The notes: generated from the sequence alone by a model not told the origin. Positions 23,448-37,923 are shown, counted from the stretch's first letter. The stretch is 50,915 nucleotides of DNA from Batkoa obscura (GCA_030770535.1 JASVEC010000015.1:1054001-1104915); one strand, 5' to 3'. Made by a program: numbers and translations.

Positions 23448-26400
23448 TTATTGAAGAGATCTAAGAGTTTCTTGATCGGTCTTTTCTAATAAGGTTGCAT
23501 AGTGCTGTAGGTTACCCGTATTATTAGATATACCTGCCTTGAAAAGTTCACCAAGGTATTCCTAAGTTAAATTTTGTTAAAAATAGTTGATTATAGTTTA
23601 ATCAAACTTACCTTCAATTCAAATTTATAAAGTGGATCATGTTTGAAGTGTTCTTCATCTTCATTTCTTCCATAGTCAAAGTCTAATTTAATAATTTAAT
23701 GCTTTATTACATATAATTAAATATTGAATTTTATTACCCGATAAATAATTGCCATCATCCTCGTCAACATCTTGCCATTCACTTTCCTAAAAAAAAGTTA
23801 AATATTTTATTTTTCATTCAAATCAAAGCTACTTCTTGAGTATATAAAGGATTTGCTTCTGTAGTATAAGCATCATTACGATAATCTGCTATGAGGAGGG
23901 TAAGTATTTTAGCAGATGCGGGCAACATAGTATAGTGTTCACCAGCTAATAAACTAATAAGTAAATTTTATAATAATTGATAATCAAATAACTTACTCGC
24001 TCTAGTTTGAGATCTAGTAATAATTTCTAAAATAGATAAATATAAATAATAAAGAATAGTAATGATTGATTTACTTCCTGGGTTGATATCAATTAACTTC
24101 CATTTACATTTGAGCGTATCCAATCGTGGGTCATTTTTAACAAAGATTTGAGCAAGCGCATAAGCACTTTTAAAGCAGTCAATTATAATTACATCATTTA
24201 AAATCAAATTACCTTAATTTGATTTGAAAGTAGCCTGAGAAAGAATCATGATTCTCTAACCATATTGTCAATGCTTGTACTTTAGGGCAATGGTTAGGAG
24301 ATGTTTCCTCAAAAAGGAAATCCAAGATCACATCTAAATGGGTTCGACATAATTGAGCAATCACCATAATAAAATCCTGTCTTAACATTTGAGACTTGGT
24401 AGTAATTAATCGAGCTACAAGTGGGGTCAGTAGGTTTTTAAGGTATGGGATGGTAGCTTCTGTATTCTAATAAAAATATAAATAATACTTAATGAAAAAT
24501 TAATAACCCAGCTACCTTTAACAATAAAGTTAAGATTAAAGTACCACAATACATAATAGCACCCTCATCCTCTGGGAGAGCATTATTTAATAATGTAGAC
24601 ACATAATTAATAATATAAGTCAGTCCATTTTGACCATTATGTTCCCTAAGATATTAAGATAATTTGAGTTATTATTATATTAATCCTTACCAAGAAATGA
24701 TTTGATTTAAATCCATGATAATAAGATTCTTCAAAAACTCTTGAACACATAATTCTAAATCCTGATCTTTTTTGCCAATACAAGAGAGTACAGGTAATAA
24801 TAGATTAGCAACAAATCCTTGTGGTAGTGGGGATGGTCCTCCTTCTATAAGGCTTGAAAAAGTATCAACTACACACTAAAATAAAGTTAGAGACTTTTGA
24901 TTTGATTAAAATAAAATAATACTGAAAGTATTTGTGTATTAGCAGATGGATCTGAAAGTATCTTAACTAAAGGAGGTACAATGCTTGAAACCAACAATGG
25001 GTATACTTCTGTATTACCAGCAAGCTCTTTAATAACTTCTCTCACTAAAAGAGCAGTATAGGTATCTAATAGATCTCAATTAATGTTGTGATATAAAACC
25101 TGCAATATGATTACCTTCTGTTGAATGAATCCAGGTTTCAAGTAATTTTGGTATGAAAAATTGAGAGTATTTTACGGTTATTTCTGGGGAAATCTAAAAC
25201 ATATTATAACATAATTTTTAGTACTAAAACGTATTTACTTTGATAATTGATGACCAAGTTTCAAGAAGAAGATTTAAAATCTCGCCCTTACATTTGGATG
25301 AAATAGAGCACGTAGATTCAAATAGATCATGTGCAATTGGGATAAGCAAGTTCTTGCTTAATGTAGAGCAGAAACTAAACAGAAATCTTATTAATTTTTA
25401 GCTCTTCAAATTACTATAGAATTACTTTGATACTGCTTTTAACCCCGAAATATTAACCAAAATTGAAGTAGCATTCTTCATCATATTAATCGAATGATTT
25501 AAACATTGTAATGCAAGATCTTGAGGAAGAATAGATCCGTATTGTGAAGCAAATACAAATGCACGTCCTTGTGCTATTGGAAATTCTAAAAATAAATTAA
25601 AATTAAAGTATTATAAGTTATACAAAATTACCATTTAAGGTCATAAGAGGTAGTACAACAGTACTAAAGAAAGTACCAATATCAAATGGTTTTGATTCTT
25701 TGTTTGAATCATATGTTTCAATGATATCGTATGAGCCACTACCAATTAAAGATACACAAGATTCGATAATAAGCCACCTAAAAAGTTTAGTGGTTTATTT
25801 TTTAATAGTAAAATATTACCAGTTGGAATTTCCAGCTTGTCTTTGTGCTGTGGCAGCTTGAATATGAGCCCCACATGCGGACGACAATTCAGAATACTTT
25901 GAGCACCATAGATTCCTATCAAATGCTAAACTAATAAAAAAAAATCATGATATAAAAATTGCGTTACGTTGCACAAATCCATGGCAGTTAATCTTATACT
26001 ATAGTTAATATATTCATCATCTTCATCAATAGCAAATTTATTTGGATCTTCTTCCCATTCTTCAACCTAAAAAAGATTTAATTGACTAATAGATCAATAC
26101 ACGTTCTTGTCTTACCTGTACAGAAGTAACCTGATGCAACTTGAAGATAACCCAAAATATACGAGATAACGAAATAGGTTCTTGAGTCAAAGCATCTTTT
26201 GCAGACTTGTTTTTTTTGGAGCTTAAAGTAGTAAAGAAATCAAAAGCAGGATAAATGAAGTCCTCAAACTTATTATCCCTATCTTCTCCTCCTTCATCAG
26301 AATTGGATTTAACATACCAACTTTCCGGTAACTCATTGCCATAAACTTCACTTATTACATAAGCATCGCTTATCTTTTCAAGTGCGGATAATATCAAATT

Positions 26401-27510
26401 TGCAAAATGAGCTTCTTTTCCAAGTAACTGTCGGGGGAAATAGTCCATGGTATATTGTAATGCCTTTATAAATTATTATTATTGTATTTAAACCTTGTTT
26501 ACTTAACTTACAATAACTATTTGTACTAGTAATCCAATAGTAACATTATTAATTTCACAGTTAGTTAAAACATTTGAAAAGTATTCTAACCAACTAGGAA
26601 AAATAGGTGCTAAAAGAGTTTGCTCAAAGTCTGGATTTTCTTCTTTTACCGTGTTGATCATATAAATCATGCCTGAAAAAACTTCCACGGCATACATCCT
26701 AGTTTGATAAGAAAACCCCTAAATAAATGTTTTAGGTAAAAAAAACTTTCAATTTATAATCGTATTTACATTGTCACTTGAAGCTATTTTAAAAAGCTCT
26801 GGAAATAAAATTGGCCCAACCGAGCCTATCTGTTGGTCTGATAAATCCTTATCCACAAAATCTAAAAAGGAGTTATTAAATAGCTTAAGAATAATGCAGT
26901 ATATTTTTACAAGAAAAAACTTTCATTCCTCCATTGACAGCTAATCTATCTCCTTTGGCAATAAGCTGTAATAAAAGGTCAATAAAATTACTCCATTCTT
27001 CTGGCCAGTCAAAGTGGGCAATCTTAGCTACAATCAAAGCCTTTATATATTAGATGTTATGCTTTGAACTTTAATTTAAAAATTTCTTACAGCAACAGCA
27101 CGGACTTTATAAATGTTTGAAGAAAGAGTATGAAAGGATAGCTCTCTAACAATAGATTTAACATTATCTGGAGGCATAGGCTCAGAAAAATAATCAGCAC
27201 TTTTGGACCAATGTTTATTGATATAATTTTTTAGCGTTACACCAGCAGACTTTGTAAAAAAGTTAATTTATTCTCTATTTTTGCTTTAAATTACTTGTCT
27301 TATTCCAGCTTCACATTCATTACTTGACAAGATCTTTGCTAATGCTCCTGCAAACTCTAAGGTTTCATTTAGTTGGCTCTTATTAAATCTTATTCATCTC
27401 TTACCCAAATTATTATCTTCTAGTTCTGTTAATTTTTGAGTGGCAGCGTTTCGAATGGCATTATCACTTGATAAAGACTCGGACAAAATTAAATATACAG
27501 CTTGTTCCAT
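23448..27510 (-). CDS. Importin-9/Kap114-like karyopherin, highly intron-split
   Basis: MEQAVYLILSESLSSDNAIRNAA (IBN_N), KIAHFDWPEEW, WEEDPNKFAIDEDDE, QGRAFVFASQY and DPLYKFELKEYL motifs read across exons. Confidence 0.85.
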
Positions 27511-28060
27511 CTTATAAATTGATTAAATTATTGAATGTTATTCGTTATTCGTTATTTGTTAAGCGATTACTTTTGATTTTCTATATTCTCTTTAGGATTA
27601 TTGAATACTTTCAAAAAGTAGTTGAATTCATTTAATTTGATTTTTTTTGATTTTCTAAAAAGCCAATCATTATTGGAATTCTTCATTAAAAATTTTATTA
27701 TGAACTAAGATAATTATTGGCATAGATTATAAATTATAGGCTATAGACCATATTGTAAGATAAAATAAATAAGATCAGAATATATAAAAAGACTAATGAT
27801 ACTAACAATTTGATTTAGAGTCCCAAATAAAGAGGTACACTAACAAACTTTATTTTTAAAGTTGAAAGATACTATTACACTCTCTTAAATTGATTCTAAA
27901 GTATTTTGAGTTTAAAAAAGTAATGAATAAATAGTAAAAACAAGGGCTTTAAGTCTATATAATATTGTATAGCAAAATAAAAAATAAACTACTGATGCTT
28001 TATTCAAATGATGAATTTAAAAAACCATTTAGCTAGATAAATGTATTCAATATAGTTCCA

Positions 28061-29078
28061 CTAATTTCTTTTTGGAGAAGGAGATTTATAAGAGCCTCTA
28101 CGATAGTTACCTCTAGGTGAGCCAAGAGGAGTATGGGGTTTTGAGTTATATTTCTCTCTTGATTCAGGTTCAGGTGAAGGAGTAGGAGAATACCTTTTAA
28201 AATGCTTAACCTGTGGATTTCTTTCTTTAGCTTCGCCATCTACACTTTCCTTTCTTTCATGAATAGTTTCAGCCTCTTTCCCAGAACGTGATTCAGGCTC
28301 AGTATCAGCTTTCTTGTATGTAGGTTCCCTTTCATATTCTCTTCGATTGTCTCTTCGATTGTCTCTACGATCATATCCTCTATCATCTCTTCGGTTATCT
28401 CTCCAATCGCTTCTTCTATCATCCCTTCGATTACGTCTTCTATCATCTCTTATATATTCTCTTCTAAACTCCCTTCTATCACCTCTCCTATTATCTTTTC
28501 CATAGTCATAATCATTCTCCCTGTCCATATCACGGTAATTCACCTCACGCCTAGTAGGTTCCACAATTTCTTTAACTTCTTCTTGCTCTTGATCCAAAGG
28601 TTTGTCTACATCCAAGTCATCTTCTTTAATTCCAAGAGCCTTCATCATAGTTTTATTTTGCTTCAATTTTGCCTCAGCAAGCTTATGAACTTCATGCGCT
28701 TCAATATGCTTTTGATCATTTTTTGTTAATCCTCTATCAAACTCTTTCAACAACTTTTGTCGAAGTGCATCTACTTTATCATCGATATCCTCTTCCTCAA
28801 GACTATAAACTATTATAAAACAACCAAAGTTAAGAAAATAAAACTCACCCTTCATCCTCAAGCTCGACTCGCAACTCCATGCACTCTACTTCAATCTTTC
28901 TCTTTTTTTCATGCAAAAGAATCTCTTTATCTGGCTTACGATTAGGTAATAAGGTTGAATTGCTATTTTCTTCACTATCCTCTCGCTTGCTCCTTGGTTT
29001 CACATTCGATAGATTCTTCACTACATACCCGTTTGTGCCTGATCCTCGTGCTGTGTTTAAACCTATTCCATTATACAT
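28061..29078 (-). CDS. CWC21: Pre-mRNA splicing factor Cwc21 (2 exons) with RD/RE-rich tail
   Basis: [19 protein letters not shown] and [15 protein letters not shown] motifs. Confidence 0.95.
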
Positions 29079-29425
29079 TTTAAAATGATATTGAAGTTAA
29101 ATCAAAAATGTAAAAAATTAAATACTGTTTTGGGCTTAAAAGGAGCATTTTAATCTGTTTGCAACTTTTGAATTTGATCAAGTGATTAGAATGTGCAGTT
29201 TTTTTGAGGACCAAGTTTTTTGGTCAACATGTTGGCTTTAAAGCTTCTTAGCTAAATTAAAATTGTTTAAAAATGATATCTCAAACTCACATTCAACAGT
29301 ATTTTATTTACAGCTGTTAAAACTCTTTTTAAGGTAGTCAGTGACAGTTTTTATGGTCAAAATATTTGTCTAGCTGATTTTATTAAAGCTTAATCTTTAT
29401 GTTTGACAGGATTTTAACATAATAT

Positions 29426-29523
29426 GGGAATGTATTTTTGTATTTGAGAATTTTACTAACAAATTTTCTGCTCAAATAGCATTTAAAAGATGGAAAAAGG
29501 AATGAAGCCAAAAAATCATCCCC
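29426..29523 (+). mobile_element. MITE
   Basis: Consensus match, ATAT TSD. Confidence 0.92.
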
Positions 29524-29935
29524 ATATTTTACTCTTAAATGGTAAAAATATTTGAAAAAGAGTTGTGACAGCTTTATCAAACTACTTTTATTAACAAAGT
29601 TAGACTATAAATAAATCTAATAATAAAATTTATAAAAAACAGCAAGGCACTATATAAGTGGCCAATTTATCTTATAAAAATACTATTTTTTTTAAATGCT
29701 TGCTTACATTCTGAATTCTAAACTGCTGGAAAAGTGATTAAAATATTGATTAAAGTAAATTATTATACCAATTTTTAAAGCTAGAGTTAAATAACTATTA
29801 AAGCACAATAAAAAACTAAAAATTTATAAGAAATTAAAATAATTTATGTTTAATAAATTACTGTTTTTGTTTTATTGCTTATTTTATAACATTTTAAACA
29901 TATCATATATTTTAGAAAAAATTGATTAAATATTT

Positions 29936-30034
29936 GGGGATGTATTTTTGTATTTAAGGATTTTACTAATAATTTTCCCGCTGAGATAGCGCTTAAAAGA
30001 TGGAAAAGTAATGAGCCCAAAAAAAAACACCCTC
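29936..30034 (+). mobile_element. MITE
   Basis: Consensus match, ATTT TSD. Confidence 0.9.
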
Positions 30035-30372
30035 ATTTGCTTATGTTTAAAAAATAAAGATTCTTATATAGCTATTGCAATTTTAGTGACTGCTGTAGCA
30101 GTAATTTTATAGTCAAATTATTATTTGTAAAAGCATTTCGAAGCTTAATCCTTATTTTAAACAGTGTTGGTTTTAAAATATTTAAATATTGATCAATGAA
30201 GTAAGCATATTGCTTTAATTTCAATTATTAATTTAAACCCTTGAAACTTTATATCACTTAAGACATTAAATGAAATTTATCAAAAATTTCTATTTTCATT
30301 TAAATTGTATTTGAAGCTTTTGGCATTATCATATAGGCTTAACCCGTAAAGCACAAACCCACTCCATCATAT

Positions 30373-30468
30373 GGGGATATATTTTTGTATTTAAGAATTT
30401 TATTAACAATTTTTCCACTCAAATAGTGCTTAAAAGATGGAAAAAGTAATGAAACCAAAAACATCGCC
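30373..30468 (+). mobile_element. MITE
   Basis: Consensus match, ATAT TSD. Confidence 0.9.
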
Positions 30469-31353
30469 ATATTATGAATGAATCACTGTTATATTTGCTG
30501 TTGTAATCTGTTTCTTGAACACAACATCGATCTTTTTATAGAAGATTAGAACATCCCCTTATTCTAAATAGTTTAAGAATAAACACTATTACAATATAAT
30601 GGTTTTTTTATATAATTTGCTTCTGTCTGAGAATCATGTATAATGATCATAATATTAATAGGGTCTAAAACCAATTTTAATAATCAAGGAAAATAAATGA
30701 AATTTTAAAAATCAAGTTGGCTTAATGGAAAATTACAATAAATTACCCCTAGCCTATTTTTCCTTTACGTTAGCTGGTAATAAAATTATTATCTGAAAGT
30801 GAACTAATTTTATTCATCCTTATTACCATAAAAGGTAAAGTGAATTTTTGGTATTTGAGAATAAAAAGCAATGTGGTAAACAACTCAAATACAGTAGCTA
30901 TTATTTTACAGATAAAACAGTGCTTTAATGGAGTCCGTAGGAACATATTGACGAAATGTTGTATTTAACTTTCATGAGCATTAAAAGACTTACGGACTTG
31001 TTAATAGCTATGGGTGTGTTAATCTACTTTATCAATAGATAAAAAAAGTGATAAATTATTATCTAGAATAGCCAAGCTAAACATTTGAAGAAAATTTGAG
31101 ATCTTTGCCAATAGTATACAGCTAGTAAAGGATTACGAACGCTCAGCTGCTTTATTACTCTAGCCTTCGTTTTTATCTGGAGTTTAGTTGAAGCTTTATA
31201 GTCTCAGTATAACTATTTTAGTGTACAAGGTTATGTCTAAGAATAGTAGTTTCTATTGTAAAATAACGTCATAAGGGATATGAATTAAAATATATTGCAA
31301 TATATAAAGGTACAAAAGTCCAGAAAGTTATTAAGTTTTATTTATTTTTTAAA

Positions 31354-32541
31354 ATGTCCAAGCCAACTAAAAAGATCCCTTTAAGTGAACGTCCTTTATG
31401 GCAACAGATTAATTGGCCTCAAGCCTTATTATTAACAATAACCCCCACTATTGCAGTCTATGGTATGCTCAAAGCTAAGCTACAGCTTAACACCGCTATA
31501 TTTGCAGTCTTATATTTCGTTTTATCTGAACTTGGTATCACTGCAGGCTACCACCGCTATTGGTCACATAGGTCTTACAGTGCATCTGCCCCTCTACGTG
31601 TTTTCCTTATGCTTGCTGGTTCTGCTGCAGTACAAGGATCTATTATGTGGTGGTGCAAAGATCACAGAGTACATCATAGATTTACTGATACTGAAAAAGA
31701 TCCTTACAATTCAAAGAAGGGGTTACTTTGGTCACACGTTGGATGGATGATATTCAGGAAAGACTCCGATAAGATCGGTAGAGCAGAAATCGATGATCTC
31801 GAAAAGGACGCTATTGTTAAATTCCAACATCAAAACTATGTTCCATTAGCCTTGTTCATGGGATTCATATTACCTACCATTATTCCAGGAGTTTTTTGGG
31901 GTGACTGGGAAGGGGGTTACTTTTACTCTGCCGTCGTTCGTTTAGTCCTTGTTCACCATGCTACCTTCTGTATCAACTCTTTAGCTCATTGGTTAGGTGA
32001 TGCTTCTTATGATGATAAGCTCTCACCAAGAGATTTCTTCATTACTGCTTTAATTACAATGGGAGAAGGGTACCATAACTTCCATCATGAGTTCCCTCAA
32101 GATTATCGTAATGCTATTAAATTTTATCAATATGACCCTACTAAGTGGTTCATCTATCTTGCTTCTTTAATTGGACTCAGCTATGATCTTAAAGTATTCC
32201 CTGAAAATGAAGTAAGAAAAGGTGCATACATGATGAAAGTAAAGAAATTAGACGAAATCAAAGCGACAATTAAATGGGGTGTTGATATTTCAGATTTGCC
32301 TACTTTTACATTAAAAGAATATGAAAATAAGGTAAAGGAAGAAGGCAAATGCTGGATATTAATTGAAAATGTGATTCATGATGTTGAAAACTTCATGCAT
32401 GAGCATCCAGGAGGTGTTAAATATATACGTGCCTATTTAGGTAAAGACGCTACTCAAGCTTTTAATGGGGATGTTTATGATCATTCTAATGGGGCACGTA
32501 ATTTGATGTCATCGATGAGAGTAGGGCGATTAACCAATTAA
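31354..32541 (+). CDS. OLE1: Acyl-CoA delta-9 desaturase with C-terminal cytochrome b5
   Basis: His boxes HRYWSH, HRVHH and HNFHH; HPGG heme motif. Confidence 0.96.
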   Translation: MSKPTKKIPLSERPLWQQINWPQALLLTITPTIAVYGMLKAKLQLNTAIFAVLYFVLSELGITAGYHRYWSHRSYSASAPLRVFLMLAGSAAVQGSIMWWCKDHRVHHRFTDTEKDPYNSKKGLLWSHVGWMIFRKDSDKIGRAEIDDLEKDAIVKFQHQNYVPLALFMGFILPTIIPGVFWGDWEGGYFYSAVVRLVLVHHATFCINSLAHWLGDASYDDKLSPRDFFITALITMGEGYHNFHHEFPQDYRNAIKFYQYDPTKWFIYLASLIGLSYDLKVFPENEVRKGAYMMKVKKLDEIKATIKWGVDISDLPTFTLKEYENKVKEEGKCWILIENVIHDVENFMHEHPGGVKYIRAYLGKDATQAFNGDVYDHSNGARNLMSSMRVGRLTN

Positions 32542-32866
32542 TTATTATTTCTTGTGATACGAATTTATATTTTTAATAAAAAATGAAAAATAAAAGTTTA
32601 CTTTTACATAAATAAGTTTTTCATAATGTTTTAAAGGGAGTAATTTTTAAATTAAAATCGGTATATTATAGCCATCTAATTATAAAATAACCGGTATATT
32701 TCTTAATGATACTCATATATATTATTTGGGCTATCTAGATTATTTTCCGGAATATTATTACAAACTAAAATTGCAGTATAAGTCTTGTTCTACTTTTGAT
32801 TGTTCATCATTTGTATTTTAGGCAAATAGGGATTAATTGCAATTTTTAAAATTATTATTTTTGAAA

Positions 32867-33327
32867 ATGAGTCAAGTTCGATTTAAAAAAAAGATGGTGC
32901 GACCATTGATAATGGCCTTATTATTCATATCAACAAGTATAATTAATTATAAATTACATGTTGTAAATATTTTATTCTTTGAACCAACTGTTTATAATAA
33001 GTAAGTATTAGTTCCAGCTATTTTTATATCTATGTCTAATCTTTTAGCTTTTCATATATCATCGCATTATTATCAACTTTCTTGTTTATAGGGGTTTTTA
33101 TTTATAATTATCTTTATCAAAAGTTTGTTGACCCGAACTATAAATTTTCCAGTCAAGATTGGAAGCATGATGACAAAGCAAAGAGGCAAATTCAAGTAGC
33201 AAGTATGGCTTTAGTAACAGCTGGAATCAGTTGGAATATATGCTTATCCTCTTATTGGGGTATGTTGACCCCTTTAATTACTCTCAATATCTCTATATCT
33301 ATGTGGTCCTTTTTATCCCTTTTATAA
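32867..33327 (+). CDS. Small 4-TM membrane protein, possibly TMEM128-like (2 exons)
   Basis: Open frame from ATG 32867, intron at about 33001-33047, hydrophobic helices and WGMLTPLI motif. Confidence 0.55.
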
Positions 33328-33747
33328 AAATTAATTATATTCGTTTAAAAATGCGGAGTTTTGATTTCAGTTATTGGAATTTCAGTTATTTTATGTTTAA
33401 ATATTACTTGAGGAGTGATTTAAGGTAACTTTTTTGTAATTGTTTTTTATGTATCATCTGTGCTGTAGGATTTTTTATTTGATCATCTATAAATATATTA
33501 CTCAAGGTAGCTAATTGCTTTTCAACTATTTAAGTTCAAAATCTGTTTTGAATCTATAAACATTCATCTAGCATTTTAAGAGTATTTTATGTTGTTTTGA
33601 GCTAACTTAATATAGGATTGTTCTCAACGTAGAAGAATTAGTGTTAAAATATATATTATTTTTTATTATAGAATATGGATTATTAAATGAATAAATTCGG
33701 TATTTATGACTAAGGTATTGCCAAAAACTGAAAGCATATCGTCAGCT

Positions 33748-36700
33748 TTACTTTTCAGTTTGTAAACTGCGAGAGACTGCTGCAACTGAGTCCTAAGAAT
33801 ATGTTAAACTATAGTTTATTTTTAGATTTCAATACTTACCACAATGACTGCGTCGACTCCAATTGACTTCTGTAATGCAACAGAAGGTAAATCATTGTTT
33901 TTGGATCCGTAGGTGAAACACTTTAATCCTACTTGTTTAATTGAAGTAATTAAACGAGGAGCATTTAAAAGTGGATCACAAATAATAACAACGCCTTCTA
34001 ACTGATGAGCAGTAGCAAATGATACTGCAGCTTTAAGAGAATTACACCTGGGATCACACATATTAGAGTATCCACAATCATTTAAAAAAAACACTGGAAA
34101 GTGATTTTGCTTTAGATTCAATAGTAAACAGATCTCAGGATGGAAAGATGAAAACATTACTGGTCTTTGTGTTTGTTTAGACAAATGCTCATATACTACT
34201 GATAGAATACTATCCACAAAAGTATTTAATTCGATTTCACTGCCACGTATGTCATACTCTTCAGCTTCATCTATCATTGGGTATTTTACTTCGATATTGA
34301 AACCGATATGCTCTGGTACTTTTTGAAATGTTTCTTCTAAGGTGGTGAATGGTGCTTGTATAGTATCTGGGTTATTTCCCTTCACTCGGACCAAAACCTG
34401 CTCATTTAATTTCTCATTTTCAATAAACCCTGCTTTGTTATTCATTTTTTCTTTAACATCAGAAAAGTTATGACTAAAGGGATCAAGGCTCTTAGATCGA
34501 TTTCTAACTCCCGTTTGCGGCACTGAGTATCTTTTGCTTATCTCTTTTGGTTTCGCCCAGTTTTTCATTCTTTTTTCTAAATCCGGTTTATCTTTTAGCT
34601 TGTAAACTTTTTCATAAATACTTAAGAATTGCTTTAGTGTGAACGCATTGATCGGTAAATCATAACCAGATTCTGTAACTGTCCAATCGTGATAAATAAC
34701 TGGTACTTTATCTTTTGTAAGTTGGACATCAAACTCAACATATTCTGCACCCAAAGAAGCTGCGGTAATAAAAGATAATACTGTATTCTCCCCAACTTGC
34801 AATGAAGATTCCCCTTTAACTTTTTGATTAGCACCTAAACCACGATGTCCAATTAACCTAGTAGAACCACCAGAAGTCGATTTGTGGAATTTGCTTTCTA
34901 TACTTGATGGGGTAATTGCTTCATGGGTAAAGGGTGTTACAATGGTGCATTCAAAATTAACGTGCCCAATTACGTTCATAGTTTTAGCACTAAGTAAAGC
35001 TATAGAAACAGACTCAGCTGGAGGCTTGTTACTAGTTCCGATTTGCCAAGAGCCACGTGCAAGTATTTCACTACAGTTGCTACTATATCTTGGAACAACA
35101 TCAAATGTGATCTGTGGCATTGAGGGATGAGGACAATGTAAAACAATAGGCTCTTCATCTCTTGCTGGTAAATCAATATTGGCTAAAGGATCGTTAATGT
35201 TTACTACAGATATTACTAATTTTAAATTTTGAAGTTCAGTCAATAATTCACTATTCTCAAAGAATACGATTGGGTCAATGCTTGTACGAATGTCATTTCT
35301 TCCTAAGGTCAACACTACAGCGCACTCGTTTATAAGGCGTTTCCTAGAGAATGATTTAGCTAATTTATTGATACCCTTTAAATGCTCTACAAATTGTAAA
35401 TCCTGTTCATTAATTTCAGGTTCAAGCAGTTTTCCTAATTCGATATATCCATGGAACATAGCATGTTCGTATGGTCTCCATAATTTTTTATCTTCAATGG
35501 TAAGATCAGCACCTAAACTAATAAAAAGCTCACATATATCTTTATTTCCTTCCATAGCAGCTAGAGATAAAGCAGTAATACCAGATTCGTGGTCTTTTAA
35601 ATTAATTAACGCAGCTGCATCTTCTCTTGCGCCATCTAAAAGTATTTTAGTACAATTTGAACAACCGCTTCTTGCAGCCATATGTAATGCACTTTCTCCA
35701 GCCTCGTCCACTAAAAATAAATTCGACCCAAACTCAATCAGAATTTTTAGAACAGCCGGGTAATTTAAACTACAAGCTAAACTAAGAGGATTTTGGAGAC
35801 CATGCTCTGAAGTTGTAAGGGTAATGTTTAAACATTTTGGAAAAATTGTCAAAATTGATCTGAGTACTTCGCAATGTCCTTTTAAAATTGAATAAAACAA
35901 AGGACTACAACCATCAAGGTCATACCACCACTCAGAGAAACCCAATGAGTCAATAGTATTAATTACTTTAGCCATAGATGTGTAAATTAAAGGGAAATTA
36001 TTTAATGCTGCATAATGTAAAGGTCTTCTACCAAAAACGTCAATATCCATAGTATGGGTAATTAGCTCTGGTTTGTGCTCAGTTATAAAGTTAGTTATGA
36101 TATCAAATATATAAAAGCTATCCTGCTTGTTTAGTAGTTCGTTAGAAGACTCGTTATCATGGTTTAATAACTCATTAATTTCAAATCGCATAGGTGAATT
36201 ATTATTTGAATTTAAAAAGGCTTGTCCCATGCCCTTTTTTGCTTTACTATCTAAAAGCATGATGTGACCTAAAATTGGACTATTCAAAGGAGGTGATGTT
36301 GAGTTTTTAGATAATTCTTTATTATAAGTGCCAAACAAGGCTAACTTATGAAAGATAGATCTCTCATCTAAGTCTCTTACTTCTAATAGCCATGGATATT
36401 CTTTTAAAAGAAATACACAACAATTTCCAGCCCCATAATAACATATATGCTCAAATAAGATTTCAATTGCTTTATAGAATTTTTTCGAATTAGTATCCTT
36501 AGATATGTCTTTTCTTATAGTAACTAAAAAAGAGATTAATTTAGTTTCATCATCATCTAACAATATTTTAACAAGTAAACGATGTTTTTCTAATACAATA
36601 GCACCATAATTGGAATAATCATTGGAGCTTGGGTCCAAAAAAGTTAGTGTTTTTTGTAAATCCTTTTGTATATAATCACTAACATCATTAACTTGTTGAA

Positions 36701-37516
36701 ACAAATCGGTAATTGAAGTTGAACTAAAAAAATTATTAGTTTCTTCCTAAAAAATGCTTCATGAGCCATTTCGAATATATTTGAATTGTAATTACCATTT
36801 TACTAACAAAAGCGGGGGATATTGAAGTGTTAAATCTTTTATCTGCTCTAAAAGTTAAGATTAAAAGTATATCAGACCATTAAAAAATAGTATACTTTTT
36901 TAATATTTTTATAACACCTTTATTGTTCATTTCTCTGAACTGAATCAACTGTAGAGTTTGGAATTTAATAGCTAACAAGGCAGACAAAAGAGATTTTTGA
37001 TGATGAATAAGCTGAGCTAATTCAATATGGGGCTCAAAACTCTCTTTGTTCGATTTTTCGTTAGCTTTAGTCTCATCTGAATGGCCTATAATAAATATTC
37101 ATTATTTAAAGAGAGTATGATTATTAATTACTTGTATCTAAAGAAAGATTATTATTATGAATATTCAGCGTTTGCTCTTGGTATTTATTGTTTATATTGT
37201 TTAATCTTTTAGTGTATTCAGCTAATTTGTGTTGATAAAACTCGTCAATTCGGGTTAATTCCGTATTTAAAGACTTCTTAAATTCTAAAAATAAGTTACA
37301 GATTTAGTGCTTATTCAATTTATAATACCTTCAACAGCTCCTATACTATTTTTAGTTTCACCACTTATGTCGCCTTCTAACCTCTTAATAGTACGCTTAA
37401 GTTTCTTATAAGATAGATAATATCTAAAAACTAAGATCATGGATAAAAAATGTTAAATCAAAAAACCTTGACCACTCTGGTACTTGATTCTTTTGTATAT
37501 ATTTTCCGAATTTCAT
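33748..37516 (-). CDS. GDE1: SPX-ankyrin-GDPD glycerophosphocholine phosphodiesterase
   Basis: MKFGK SPX start, ankyrin repeats, IGHRGLGAN, VEFDVQLTKD and FNIEVKYP motifs. Confidence 0.93.
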
Positions 37517-37923
37517 TGTTAGGTTATCAGCTTAGATTAAACAATAAGAGAAACAAAGCAATGAACCCAACCTATCTTTGTTTTTTTGTTTTTTTGTTTT
37601 TCATTTCACTCAAAAAAGCAACATGTGGTTTTAAGCCAACCAAATTACATTTTGCTACCATGATGGAAATTTCAATTGCAAGATGAAATTTAAAAATTCA
37701 TGGATATAGGGAGTAGAAACTTGTTAGGATTCACTAATTTTTTCCAGTCTAATTTAGGCTAAAGTTGTAAAAAGTTATGGACTAATTAAATCAAAAATGT
37801 GACACTGTTTATATGATCTAGTGCTGAACGAAACTGGGTAGAAATTTACTTTTTTATTTTGTAAATTATTAAAAAAAGCAAAAGTCTAGTATTTTGTATA
37901 TGTTTTGAAATTAAATAAGATAT

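Noticed and set aside
28330..28500. 12-bp repeats in CWC21
   Set aside because: Ordinary RD/RE low-complexity coding region of a splicing factor.
29383..29580. Short ORFs spanning MITEs (also 50058-50255) and AT-rich ORFs 6452-6640, 9514-9777, 18176-18364
   Set aside because: No recognisable motifs; chance frames in AT-rich or repeat DNA.
30925..31004. Short inverted repeat AGTCCGTA/TACGGACT with TTAA flanks upstream of OLE1
   Set aside because: Only 8-10 matching bases and an offset relative to the flanks; too weak to call.
32659..32760. Three CGG(T/A)ATATT motifs upstream of the small membrane gene
   Set aside because: Short and low-complexity; no supporting evidence for a binding site.
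21984..35763. Antisense or alternate-frame ORFs such as 21984-22379, 28314-28505, 31451-31750, 34882-35130 and 35278-35763
   Set aside because: They overlap well-supported genes and carry no independent signal.
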